Assembly: GCA_050998515.1 (NCBI GenBank)
Contig: JBPCQC010000079.1
Span: 6,177-70,176, forward strand
Length of the DNA: 64,000 nucleotides
DNA from: Verrucomicrobiales bacterium
Lineage (GTDB): Bacteria; Verrucomicrobiota; Verrucomicrobiia; Verrucomicrobiales; V1-33
Reading direction: 5' to 3'
The stretch's first letter is position 1. Each line of letters opens with the position of its first letter. Of the stretch, positions 38,446 to 46,543 are shown piece after piece. A model generated the notes under the pieces. It searched no databases and was not told the origin of the DNA. It saw only the letters and a list, made by a program, of their open reading frames with translations. The translations under genes were made by a program, and so were the position numbers.

Positions 38446-40509
38446 CTACCAATCCTTAAATGTGCCTTCCGGCACCGCCTTGTCCGCGAGTGGCCGAACA
38501 TAATCCTCGTCGGTCAGCGCGCGCAGCAGGGCGCGCGCCTCGTTTCGGCTAAAGCCCGTGGTCTTGTCCCGCCGGTTGTCACCCTGGGCCATTTGTTGCG
38601 CCCGTTTCTTCTTCGCGTCTCCCGATTCTCCCTGGCCAGCGTTGCTTTTCGCCTCGAGCTTGCCTTCGGCGTTTTGTTCCCCGCGGCGTTCCTTTTCATT
38701 TCCTTCAGGCGGCGTTTGGTTGGGATCCTCCTTGCCGCCTCCTTTTTGGCCGCCTTCCTGCGGTTTACTTCCCTCGCCAGGATTTTGTCCCTCTTCTCCC
38801 TTTCCTTCCTCCCCCTCCTCCTCTTCTCCTTCTCCCTCGTCTTCACCTTCTTCGTCACCTTGCTCTCCTGAATTTCCCGATTCCCCCTCTTCGCCCTGTT
38901 GGCCGTTGGGTTGCTGCTCGCCTTGCTGACCGCCCTGTTGCTTGTTCTTCTTGCCCGCTTTGCTTTTTTGTCTCAGCTGCTCGCGATATTTCTTCAATTC
39001 TTCCAGGTATTTCTTTACCTCGTCACGGTTGTGCTGGGCGTCACCGTTCCCGGGAGCGAGGGCAAGCGACGCGTCATAATGCTCGACGGCCGTGGTCAGA
39101 ATGTCGATCATCCGGGTGATACGTCCCTTGCCTTTCGGCAGCGATTGCGCTTTGCCTGCCAGGGCGTTGGCGAGGTTGTATTCCGCCTGGGCCTGATTGG
39201 ACGGGGTCTTCGAGATCAGGGCCCGTCCAAATGACTCGATCGCGGCATCGAAATCCTTAAGCCGATAGGCGGCGGCGGCGCGGCCAAATTCCAATTGGGC
39301 CAGCCGTTCGTCGGAAGGTTTCTTTTCAATTGAGTCGCCGAAGGCGTCGAGCGACTCTTCGTATTGCTGCGCTTGGTAAAGCTGCCACGGGTTTTGTGCG
39401 GCGCGAGGTTTTTGAGCCACAGCCGCACTGAGATTGGTGGCGCCGGTAACGAGCACGAGACCGGCCCACGCTACCGCCGGTCTTGACATCATCGAAGGCG
39501 TCCAGAAGCGCAGCCGCCGACCCATTTTCACGACAAAGGCCGCTGCAAAACACAGGAGAGCGGGAACCAAAGCCCATCGATAACGCTCGATTGGCTGGCG
39601 CTTGTCCTTTTGCGCCTGCGTGCGTGAACGGTCTAATTTGGAAAGAATCACCTGAATACGCCCTTGTAGAACACTCGTACTGCTAAGATTGAGATAAAGC
39701 CCCTGCGTTTCTTTAGCCACACCCTCCAAAGCCTTGTCTTCGAGACGAGAGCGCACCGGCCGCCCTTTTTCGTCTCGCAAAAATCCGCCCGGCCGGCGCG
39801 AGTTGAAGTCTGGCAGCAGGGTCCCTTCACGCGTGCCTACGCCGACAGCCACGATAATAATATTGTGGTCCTTTGCTTTTTTGGCGGCCTCGATGGCTCG
39901 ACCCTCGGTCTCGTCACCATCGGTGAACATAATCAAAGCATGGCTGGCACTGCCGGACTTGTCAAAAGCCTCGATGGCAAGCTCGATCGGTTCCGCGAGG
40001 TTCGATCCGCCGCGGGGAATCAGTTCCTCGTCGAATTGGGCCAGAGTTTCGAGAAGCGCGTCATGGTCGGTGGTGAGAGGCGCCTGGAGAAACGAGCGCC
40101 CGGCAAAGGCGATCAGCCCAATCCTGTCGCCCGGCAACGCCGCGATGAGGTCCTGTGCCGCCAGCTTGGCTCGAGTCAGCCGATCAGGGGTTAGATCAGT
40201 CGCCAGCATCGAGCGCGAAGTGTCCAAAGCGATGATGATCGAGCGCCCCTGGCCGCTGACCTCCCGTTCGGTGTAGCCCCACTGAGGCCGGGCCCAGGCG
40301 GCCACCAGCAGGAGCAGGCCGAGAAGTTCGAGCAAAAAGACGAACGCATCGCGGCCGCGCCAGCCTCCCTGTTTGAGGCTCGAAAGCAAGCGCGGGCCCG
40401 CCACCCGCGCCAGCCGCCGCCGCCCCATTCCATCAGCGATGATTTTCACCACCGCGAGCGGAATGAGCAGCAGCAAAAAGAGAAAAGCGTCGGCGTTGGC
40501 GAATTGCAT
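38446..40509 (-). CDS. batB: BatB-BatC fusion: N-terminal TM + vWA domain, central TM, TPR region, ~150-aa poly-acidic E/G/Q-rich tail
   Basis: ATG 40507-40509 (MQFANADAFLFLLLLIPLAVV). vWA MIDAS context (IIIALDTSRSM...TDG). TPR (AAAYRLKDFDAAIESFGRAL). Tail GEEGESGNSGEQGDEEGEDEGEGEEEEGEEGKGEEG. Confidence 0.8.
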   Translation of the reverse strand: MQFANADAFLFLLLLIPLAVVKIIADGMGRRRLARVAGPRLLSSLKQGGWRGRDAFVFLLELLGLLLLVAAWARPQWGYTEREVSGQGRSIIIALDTSRSMLATDLTPDRLTRAKLAAQDLIAALPGDRIGLIAFAGRSFLQAPLTTDHDALLETLAQFDEELIPRGGSNLAEPIELAIEAFDKSGSASHALIMFTDGDETEGRAIEAAKKAKDHNIIIVAVGVGTREGTLLPDFNSRRPGGFLRDEKGRPVRSRLEDKALEGVAKETQGLYLNLSSTSVLQGRIQVILSKLDRSRTQAQKDKRQPIERYRWALVPALLCFAAAFVVKMGRRLRFWTPSMMSRPAVAWAGLVLVTGATNLSAAVAQKPRAAQNPWQLYQAQQYEESLDAFGDSIEKKPSDERLAQLEFGRAAAAYRLKDFDAAIESFGRALISKTPSNQAQAEYNLANALAGKAQSLPKGKGRITRMIDILTTAVEHYDASLALAPGNGDAQHNRDEVKKYLEELKKYREQLRQKSKAGKKNKQQGGQQGEQQPNGQQGEEGESGNSGEQGDEEGEDEGEGEEEEGEEGKGEEGQNPGEGSKPQEGGQKGGGKEDPNQTPPEGNEKERRGEQNAEGKLEAKSNAGQGESGDAKKKRAQQMAQGDNRRDKTTGFSRNEARALLRALTDEDYVRPLADKAVPEGTFKDW

Positions 40510-40510
40510 C

Positions 40511-40537
40511 TGAATTGCGGATTGCGGATTGCGGAGC
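40511..40537. repeat. Heptamer tandem array (ATTGCGG)x3, left flank of the four-helix-bundle gene
   Basis: TGAATTGCGGATTGCGGATTGCGGAGC immediately after the batBC start. Confidence 0.7.
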
Positions 40538-40549
40538 TATCGGAGGGTT

Positions 40550-40846
40550 CTATTTCGAGGAACGCGCTGTGCGAATTGAAGCAACGATGATGGAAAGAAT
40601 TTCTTCGCCTTCTCGGTGCAAATCAGCCAGCCTCTCCGGCTTCATTAGTCCTGCCTCGCAGAGCAGTTCGAACCAATTAAGGGTTTCATCCGCCTCTTCT
40701 TCAACGATTCCCAACTTGGCGATGAAGTCGGCCTTCGATTTTCCGCGACAAGCTGAGCGGTAGTTTGCGCCCACGGACGTCGCGGCCTTTAGCAACTGGC
40801 GACAGATTACTTCTGTGCTTCGGCGCGGCGGTAGCGCGTCCAGCAC
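40550..40846 (-). CDS. Four-helix-bundle protein (23S rRNA intervening-sequence protein family), N-terminally truncated
   Basis: GTG start. QLLKAATSVGANYRSACRGKSKADFIAKLGIVEEEADETLNWFELL matches the family core (QLRRAA.SIPSNIAEG..R.S..DF..FL.IA.GS..E...). The first helix (~35 aa) is missing. Flanked by inverted GGATTGC heptamer arrays. Confidence 0.55.
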   Translation of the reverse strand: MLDALPPRRSTEVICRQLLKAATSVGANYRSACRGKSKADFIAKLGIVEEEADETLNWFELLCEAGLMKPERLADLHREGEEILSIIVASIRTARSSK

Positions 40847-40932
40847 CTTGATGACGCGCCGCGAACTGCTTCGTCCGTTCTTTGTGCTGTTCAGTCTTTG
40901 AGTTCATGATTCGCAATGGTGTGCCGAACCTC

Positions 40933-40967
40933 GAATTTCCCAATCCGAAATCCGCAATCCGAAATTC
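40933..40967. repeat. Heptamer array in inverted orientation (CCGAAAT/CCGCAAT), right flank of the four-helix-bundle gene
   Basis: GAATTTCCCAATCCGAAATCCGCAATCCGAAATTC is the reverse complement of the 40511-40537 motif family. Confidence 0.7.
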
Positions 40968-42065
40968 TCATGCAGGAATCTCCCGCATGAGAGTTTGCCT
41001 CAGCGCCATGCCGATGGCCGCGGTGAAAAATGCCGCGCCGACAAACCATTCGAACAGCTCGTCACGTTCGACCAGGGTCTGCCTTTTGATCTCAGTTTTC
41101 TCGAGCCTGTCAATCGTCCCAAAAATCCGCTCGAGGCCGCTGGTATCCTGGGCCCGAAAAAACTGGCCTCCAGTCATGTCGGCAATCCTCTTCATGATTT
41201 CGGTGTCGAATTCCTGCCTCATCCCGGGCAGGTAACGACCGGATCGATCAGGCAGCGGAATGCGGTGATAGCCTTCCGTGCCGACAGCGATGGCGTAAAC
41301 TTTGATGCCGAGATTCTGGGCAAAACGTGCCGCATCCAGCGGCGCAATATTCCCGGAGTTATTCGAGCCGTCGGTTAACAGCACGATCACCTTGCTCTTC
41401 ACGTCCTTGTTGCGGCTGTCAAGGCGCCGGGTCGCGGCAGCGATTCCCGAGCCGATGGCGGTGCCGTCCTCGACGGCTCCCATTCTGACCTGTTCCTCGA
41501 GCGTTTTACGCAGCCACTGGTGGTCGAGCGTAAGCGGACTGGCCACATAGGGCCTTCCGGCAAAGGCAACCAGGCCGATCCGATCGCTCGGGCGGCCGGC
41601 GATAAAATCGCGGCACACCCTTTTCGCGACCGACATGCGATTGACCGTCTGCCCGCCGCTGGTGAAGTCCTCGATCGACATCGAAAGCGAGACATCGATG
41701 GTGAGCATGACTTCGATGCCGCTGCTGGTGATATTTTCCTGCGTGCGCACATGCTGGGGACGGGCCAGCGCGGCGATGCCGAGCGCGAGCGTGAGGTACG
41801 GCAACGCCGCCGAAAACATCCCGAGCGCGGATCGTCCCGGCCGGGCGATCTGTCGCAGCAGGTGGAGTGAGGAAAATGTCACCGCGGGTCCAGCGCCGCG
41901 TGCCCCCCGCAAAAATGCCAGCACCGGCAACAACGCGAGCAGCCAAAACCAGGCTGGCTCCGCAAACTGGCATTCCCTTACGTAGCGCCAAAAGCTCTCA
42001 ATACGGAACGGGAAGTCCACAGCGCTTTGGGTTGAATGAGAAAGCATCCGCCTGTGACGGCGCAT
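40968..42065 (-). CDS. batA: BatA-like protein (TM + vWA domain)
   Basis: ATG 42063-42065; the family-typical start lies near FAEPAWFWLLALLPVLAFL. vWA MIDAS (MLTIDVSLSMSIED...LLTDGSNNSG). C-terminal TM. Confidence 0.8.
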   Translation of the reverse strand: MRRHRRMLSHSTQSAVDFPFRIESFWRYVRECQFAEPAWFWLLALLPVLAFLRGARGAGPAVTFSSLHLLRQIARPGRSALGMFSAALPYLTLALGIAALARPQHVRTQENITSSGIEVMLTIDVSLSMSIEDFTSGGQTVNRMSVAKRVCRDFIAGRPSDRIGLVAFAGRPYVASPLTLDHQWLRKTLEEQVRMGAVEDGTAIGSGIAAATRRLDSRNKDVKSKVIVLLTDGSNNSGNIAPLDAARFAQNLGIKVYAIAVGTEGYHRIPLPDRSGRYLPGMRQEFDTEIMKRIADMTGGQFFRAQDTSGLERIFGTIDRLEKTEIKRQTLVERDELFEWFVGAAFFTAAIGMALRQTLMREIPA

Positions 42066-42810
42066 TGGCCGGAAGGGGCGGTGGCCCGGGAGGAAGCATC
42101 GGATTGCGGATTGCGGATTTCGGATCTCGGATTTCAGGCGCCACGCCCTGAACTGCCCGAAGGTCTGCTGCCGGCTCTGGCATTTCGAGTTCGTTCGATT
42201 GAACGAGAATTACAGGCAAAGGAGGCGGAGGAGGCGAAGCGGGATTTCGGATTTCGGAGGGCGGAGTGGGGATTTTCAATTCAGGATTCGGCATTCTCCA
42301 GTCCGGCGCATTTTGATCTTGCTCGACGGCGGCAATGGCTTGCTCGACCAACATCATCCGCTCGGCGCGGGCGGATTCGATGCGCCCATATTTTATGCGG
42401 TCACAGCCGCGCAGAACCGGTTCGAATGTGCGCAAAAAGGGGAGGGGAGGAGGACCGCCGCCGCCATTGCGGCCAATCATCTCATCGGTGGTTCGATAGC
42501 GAGCGAGCAGCCCTCTGGCCCTTTGCAGATAATGCCGGAGGCTTTCGCTGACCGCCCCGGCCAGTTCTGCCGAATCAAGAGTTCCGGCCAGCGCCTTTAA
42601 CTCTCCCAATTCGCGCAACGCCGCGGTGCCTGCACTCAGCGGCAACGGGGGCAGGCGCGGGTGCCGCCGGATCCAACGCACCCAGGCAATCAACGCCAAA
42701 AATAAACCGACCGCCACAATCGCTCCGAACACTGACCAGACGATCACCCGCGCTGGATCGGGCGGCTCGACGGGTGGCGCAATATCGCGAAGTTCAGGAA
42801 AGGGAGGCAC
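41998..42810 (-). CDS. DUF4381-like small membrane protein of bat operons, with a 3-prime extension running through heptamer repeats
   Basis: GTG start (MPPFPELRDIAPPVEPPDPARVIVW + TM helix). The last ~100 codons translate GGATTGC/GGATTTC repeats (…SEIRNPASP…PEIRDPKSAIRNP…) and overlap batA by 68 nt, so the effective end is questionable. Confidence 0.5.
   Translation of the reverse strand: MPPFPELRDIAPPVEPPDPARVIVWSVFGAIVAVGLFLALIAWVRWIRRHPRLPPLPLSAGTAALRELGELKALAGTLDSAELAGAVSESLRHYLQRARGLLARYRTTDEMIGRNGGGGPPPLPFLRTFEPVLRGCDRIKYGRIESARAERMMLVEQAIAAVEQDQNAPDWRMPNPELKIPTPPSEIRNPASPPPPPLPVILVQSNELEMPEPAADLRAVQGVAPEIRDPKSAIRNPMLPPGPPPLPANAPSQADAFSFNPKRCGLPVPY
42101..42138. repeat. Heptamer array (GGATTGC/GGATTTC) at the batA 5-prime end / DUF4381 tail
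   Basis: GGATTGCGGATTGCGGATTTCGGATCTCGGATTTCAGG. Confidence 0.65.
42241..42295. repeat. Heptamer array (GGATTTC variants) inside the DUF4381-like ORF tail
   Basis: GGGATTTCGGATTTCGGAGGGCGGAGTGGGGATTTTCAATTCAGGATTCGG. Confidence 0.6.
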
Positions 42811-42830
42811 GGGCGCAAGGTAGAATGCAG

Positions 42831-42858
42831 AATGCAGGATGCAGAAGGAAATTTAGGC
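42831..42858. repeat. Related heptamer array (GAATGCA)x3-4 between the DUF58 and DUF4381 genes
   Basis: TAGAATGCAGAATGCAGGATGCAGAAGG. Confidence 0.55.
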
Positions 42859-42875
42859 CGTTCTGCGGTTTGCGT

Positions 42876-43781
42876 TTACCTGCTTCCTCGCTTTTCCCTG
42901 CGGCGGAAAAAGCCATGCAAGGCCGCCTGGTAGTCTTCACCGGCCCGGACGTCGATTTTGTCTATCGAGAGTGATTTGAAGGCGCGGTCGAGGTTTTCCT
43001 GCCACGCGGTGCGCAAAGCGGTGTAATGGCTGCGCACCCGAGCCTTGGCTGTGTTGACGACGATTTCCTCACCCGTCTCAGGATCGGCCAGGCGCAGCCG
43101 GCCGGCATTGGGCAGGGCCAGCTCGGCCGGGTCGGAGACCTGGATCGCGACCACGTCATGTCGAATGGCCGCCGTCCGCAGCGCCGCCTGAACGTTTTCA
43201 CACTGAAAATCAGAAATGACCAGAACCAGACAACGCCGGCTGGTGTGACGGCTGATGAGATCAAGCGCAGGCTTCGGATCCGTGCCGCGCCCGAGAGCCC
43301 GCGCGTAAAGGATGTCACGCACCATGCGAAGCGTCTGCCGGCGGCTCTTCGCCGGAGGCAGGAACAGCTCGACCTGATCGGAAAAAAGCACCAGTCCGCA
43401 CTTGTCCTGGTTGTAGATCGCGGAAAAAGCAAAGACCGCCGCCACCTCCGCGGCCAGTTCACGCTTCGATTGCTCGAGGCTCCCATAAAGGCCCGAACCG
43501 CTGACATCGACCGCCAGATAAACCGTCAGCTCGCGCTCCTCGACGTACTTGCGGATAAACGGTGTCCCTTGCCTCGCCGTGACGTTCCAGTCAATCGACC
43601 GCACTTCATCGCCGGGCTGGTATTCCCTGAAATCATCGAAGTCGATCCCCTGGCCCTTGAACACCGAATGATATTCCCCGCCCGCCTTCGAGCGCACAAT
43701 GCCGCGCGTGATCAGTTCGATGCGCCGAACCTTTTTGAGGAGTTCGGTGATTGAATCGGGCTCGGGAGATACGGTGGCCAT
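42876..43781 (-). CDS. DUF58 protein (MoxR-associated vWA-like)
   Basis: First ATG at 43781 (track start TTG 43787). DUF58 block (GEYHSVFKGQGIDFDDFREYQPGDEVRSIDWNVTAR). Confidence 0.85.
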   Translation of the reverse strand: MATVSPEPDSITELLKKVRRIELITRGIVRSKAGGEYHSVFKGQGIDFDDFREYQPGDEVRSIDWNVTARQGTPFIRKYVEERELTVYLAVDVSGSGLYGSLEQSKRELAAEVAAVFAFSAIYNQDKCGLVLFSDQVELFLPPAKSRRQTLRMVRDILYARALGRGTDPKPALDLISRHTSRRCLVLVISDFQCENVQAALRTAAIRHDVVAIQVSDPAELALPNAGRLRLADPETGEEIVVNTAKARVRSHYTALRTAWQENLDRAFKSLSIDKIDVRAGEDYQAALHGFFRRREKRGSR

Positions 43782-43924
43782 CGGCAATGCTATGATTGGT
43801 AATTGTTAAATGCCAATATGCTTTGCCTTCTCGGGCGGCTTGAGATGATTTCGCGCACAATTACCACTGAAGAATTGCTAGACAGCACCTCCGTCAATTG
43901 CGACGGGCAAATTCAAGCTTGTAA

Positions 43925-44180
43925 ATGCCATCCGCAGGCTTGCGAACGCCCCATACGAGCCTGCGAATGGCAGAAACAAGTCTGAAATCGCCATCCGCAG
44001 GCTTGCGGACGCCAAATACAAGCTGCGGAGGGCGTATGCAGGCTTGCGGACGCGAAAAACGAACCTGCGGACGACACAAACTGACTCGTCGCCCGCAGAG
44101 ACCCACTCAGGAACCGCAAAAACAGGTTTGCGATTGCCGAAAGCGAGTGTGCAAGCGGGGATGACCTGCTTGCGACTGGT
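43925..44180. repeat. Iteron-like array of a ~16-nt motif GCAGGCTTGCGGACGC (three direct copies plus several inverted/partial copies at irregular spacing)
   Basis: CCATCCGCAGGCTTGCGAACGCC at 43928-43950. CCATCCGCAGGCTTGCGGACGCC at 43991-44013. ATGCAGGCTTGCGGACGCG at 44036-44054. Inverted AGCCTGCGAATGG at 43957-43970. CCTGCGGACGA at 44064-44074. Confidence 0.6.
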
Positions 44181-44337
44181 TACTTCGGCTTTGCCGATCC
44201 CTTTCCTGGGAGGGGTATGCGCTCCCGAACCGTAGTGGCAGGCCGTTGCTTCGCCGTGCCATCTTTAACAAAGCGGCCGTTCACCGCGCTCCGTTCTCCG
44301 ATTCTACTTTGTGGCTTCTTGCTGATGATCTCCTTTC

Positions 44338-44366
44338 TTGGGTGATGTCTCCTCCACTTTATATTG
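44338..44366 (+). promoter_or_regulatory. Candidate sigma70-type promoter for the methyltransferase gene (TTGGGT-17-TATATT)
   Basis: -35 TTGGGT at 44338-44343, 17-nt spacer, -10 TATATT at 44361-44366, 25 nt upstream of ATG 44392. Sequence match only. Confidence 0.35.
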
Positions 44367-44391
44367 GGGCTCGATTCTGATCAAGCACAAC

Positions 44392-46087
44392 ATGCAGGCC
44401 ACTGAGGTCGAAAACTCGCCTTGTCATCGGTGGTCCGAACCCGCACAATTCCGTTTAATGGGAACGCTCTATTACGGCGACAATCTCGATATTCTGCGCC
44501 GCTACATCGAGGACGAGTCGGTCGACCTCGTTTACCTCGATCCGCCGTTCAACTCAGCGCAAAACTACAACGCCTTCTTTCAGGAAAAGGACGGGACCGC
44601 GGCGGCGGCGCAGATCAGCGCTTTCGAGGACACGTGGGAGTGGAATCAGGAGGCCGAGCACGTTTACGGCGAGCTGATTACCCGGGCAGGCAAGGTCCGT
44701 GAGGTGATGGAAGCCTTCATGACCTTTCTCGGTCGCAACGACATGATGGCCTACCTCGTCATGATGGCCCCGCGTCTGGTCGAGCTGCGCCGCGCCCTCA
44801 AGAAAACCGGCTCCCTTTACCTGCACTGCGACCCGACGGCTTCCCATTACCTGAAGCTGCTGCTGGATGCGGTGTTTGGAATTGACGGCTACCGCTCTGA
44901 AATTGTGTGGAAAAGGACGACAACTCACAACGATTCCAAGCGATGGTCCGACAACACCGACACAGTTTTCTTCTATACAAAAAGCAGAGGCAATTCGGAA
45001 TCGTTTACTTGGAACCCGCAGCACGACCAATATAGTGAGGACTACCTCGCCGATAAATATCGTTACGATGATGGCGACGGCCGGGGATCTTACCGGCTCG
45101 ACAACATGACGAGTCCGAACCCAAGGCCGAATATGATGTACGAGTGGAAAGGGCACGCATCACCGGAGAAAGGTTGGCGGTACTCGAAAGAAACAATGGC
45201 GCAGTTAGATGCCGAAGGACGTATCTGGTACCCTTCGAGTAAGGACAAGCGTCCTCAGCTGAAGCGCTACCTCGCGCAAGGCAAAGGTCCTGTCATGGGC
45301 AACCTGTGGACCGACATCAACCCCATCAATTCCCAAGCTCAGGAGCGTCTTGGTTATCCGACCCAAAAGCCCGTAGCCTTGCTCGAGAGGATCATTAAAG
45401 CGAGCTCCGACGAAGGCGACGTAGTGCCTCGATCCCTTCTGCGGGTGTGGTACGACAATTGACGCCGCGGAAAAACTAGGTCGGGATTGGATTGGGATCG
45501 ACATAACCTATCTGGCGATTGCACTGATCAAGAACCGGCTCAAAAGCTCGTACGGCGAGGGCATTCACCTGAAAACGGTGGGAGAGCCGGTCAGTCTCGC
45601 GGATGCGCAGCAGTTGGCGAATGATGACAAATTCCAATTCCAATGGTGGGCGCTGGGGTTGGTAGGCGCGCGCCCGGTGGAGGAAAAGAAAGGCGCCGAT
45701 AAAGGGGTGGACGGCAAGATTTTGTTTAGGGAAACACCCAAAGACCCGAAGTCGCAACAGATCATCTTTTCCGTTAAAGGCGGCGGAGTGAGTGTAAAGG
45801 ACATTCGCGATCTGCGCGGCACCGTCGAGCGAGAGAAGGCGCTCATCGGAGTGCTGGTAACGATGAAGAAGCCGACCAAGGACATGCTATCGGAGGCGGC
45901 CTCGGCTGGTTTTTACGAAAGCACCGTCTGGCAGAAACAGTATCCGAAGCTGCAAATCCACACCGTGGCGGAATTGCTCGATGGCAAGCAGGTCCAGCGC
46001 CCGCCAACCCGGGCGCTGGATGAGACTTTCAAGAACGCGCCGAAGGCACAGAAAAAAGGGGACGAGCAACTGGAGCTACTTCAATGA
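44392..46087 (+). pseudogene. Beta-class N6/N4 DNA methyltransferase fused to a C-terminal Mrr-type PD-(D/E)xK restriction-endonuclease domain, interrupted by a 1-nt frameshift
   Basis: Motif IV DPPF (VDLVYLDPPFN). ...GYPTQKPVALLERIIKASSDEGDVV, then the frame breaks at 45427-45428 (GTGCCTCGAT; one C too many). The +1 frame continues LDPFCGCGTT (motif I) uninterrupted into track ORF 45578..46087, whose product matches Mrr_cat (WALGLVGA...DKGVDGKILF...QQIIFSVKGGGVSVKDIRDLRGTV...GVLVT...). Track pieces: 44338..45462 and 45578..46087. Confidence 0.75.
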
Positions 46088-46542
46088 TCATTGGCGTAAA
46101 TGCGACAAAAGAGGCGATCTTCTTTGCGGAGACGGACACAGCTGGACAAACTTTTTCAATTAAGATCAAACGGTTGGCATTTAACCTGACGGAAACTGAG
46201 GGGCTATTAGATCTGTTCCAAAGCGTCTCCACTCTTCTCTCTGGATATGACCCGGCCAGGTTGACAGCCGTGGCAATATTGCGATGCTGTGGGGGCCAAC
46301 GAGCGTCATCGGTTGAGGCGATCAAAGCTGAAGCCGTCACCGAGTTGGCGATTCGCAAAAAGGCGATCAAGGTCCTCGGTGTGACTCCTCACAGCTTGAA
46401 GAAAGCGTTGCAGTGTGAGGGAGGGCAAAAATGGCGACCACGCGCCAAGCAGCTCTTTAATTCAAACGGTCAACACTCCTATTGGAGTCAAGGCGCGGAT
46501 GGAGCTGTCGCAGCGGCATATAAGGCGAGTCCTCCTCATTGA
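46084..46542 (+). CDS. Hypothetical protein (152 aa), translationally coupled to the flanking genes
   Basis: ATG overlaps the upstream stop (ATGA at 46084-46087) and its stop sits 1 nt before the kinase ATG. No recognisable domain. About 50% GC, below the window background. Confidence 0.5.
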   Translation: MIIGVNATKEAIFFAETDTAGQTFSIKIKRLAFNLTETEGLLDLFQSVSTLLSGYDPARLTAVAILRCCGGQRASSVEAIKAEAVTELAIRKKAIKVLGVTPHSLKKALQCEGGQKWRPRAKQLFNSNGQHSYWSQGADGAVAAAYKASPPH

Positions 46543-46543
46543 G

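Noticed and set aside
40846-40930. Idea that the 4HB gene uses TGA as Trp (an in-frame TGA upstream at a position where the family has a conserved Trp)
   Set aside because: Nothing else in the window suggests genetic-code reassignment; gene truncation or decay explains it more simply.
40511-44180. Possibility that the short-repeat arrays are a CRISPR array
   Set aside because: Units are 7-nt micro-satellites or irregularly spaced 16-nt motifs in both orientations, with no constant repeat-spacer periodicity and no cas genes.
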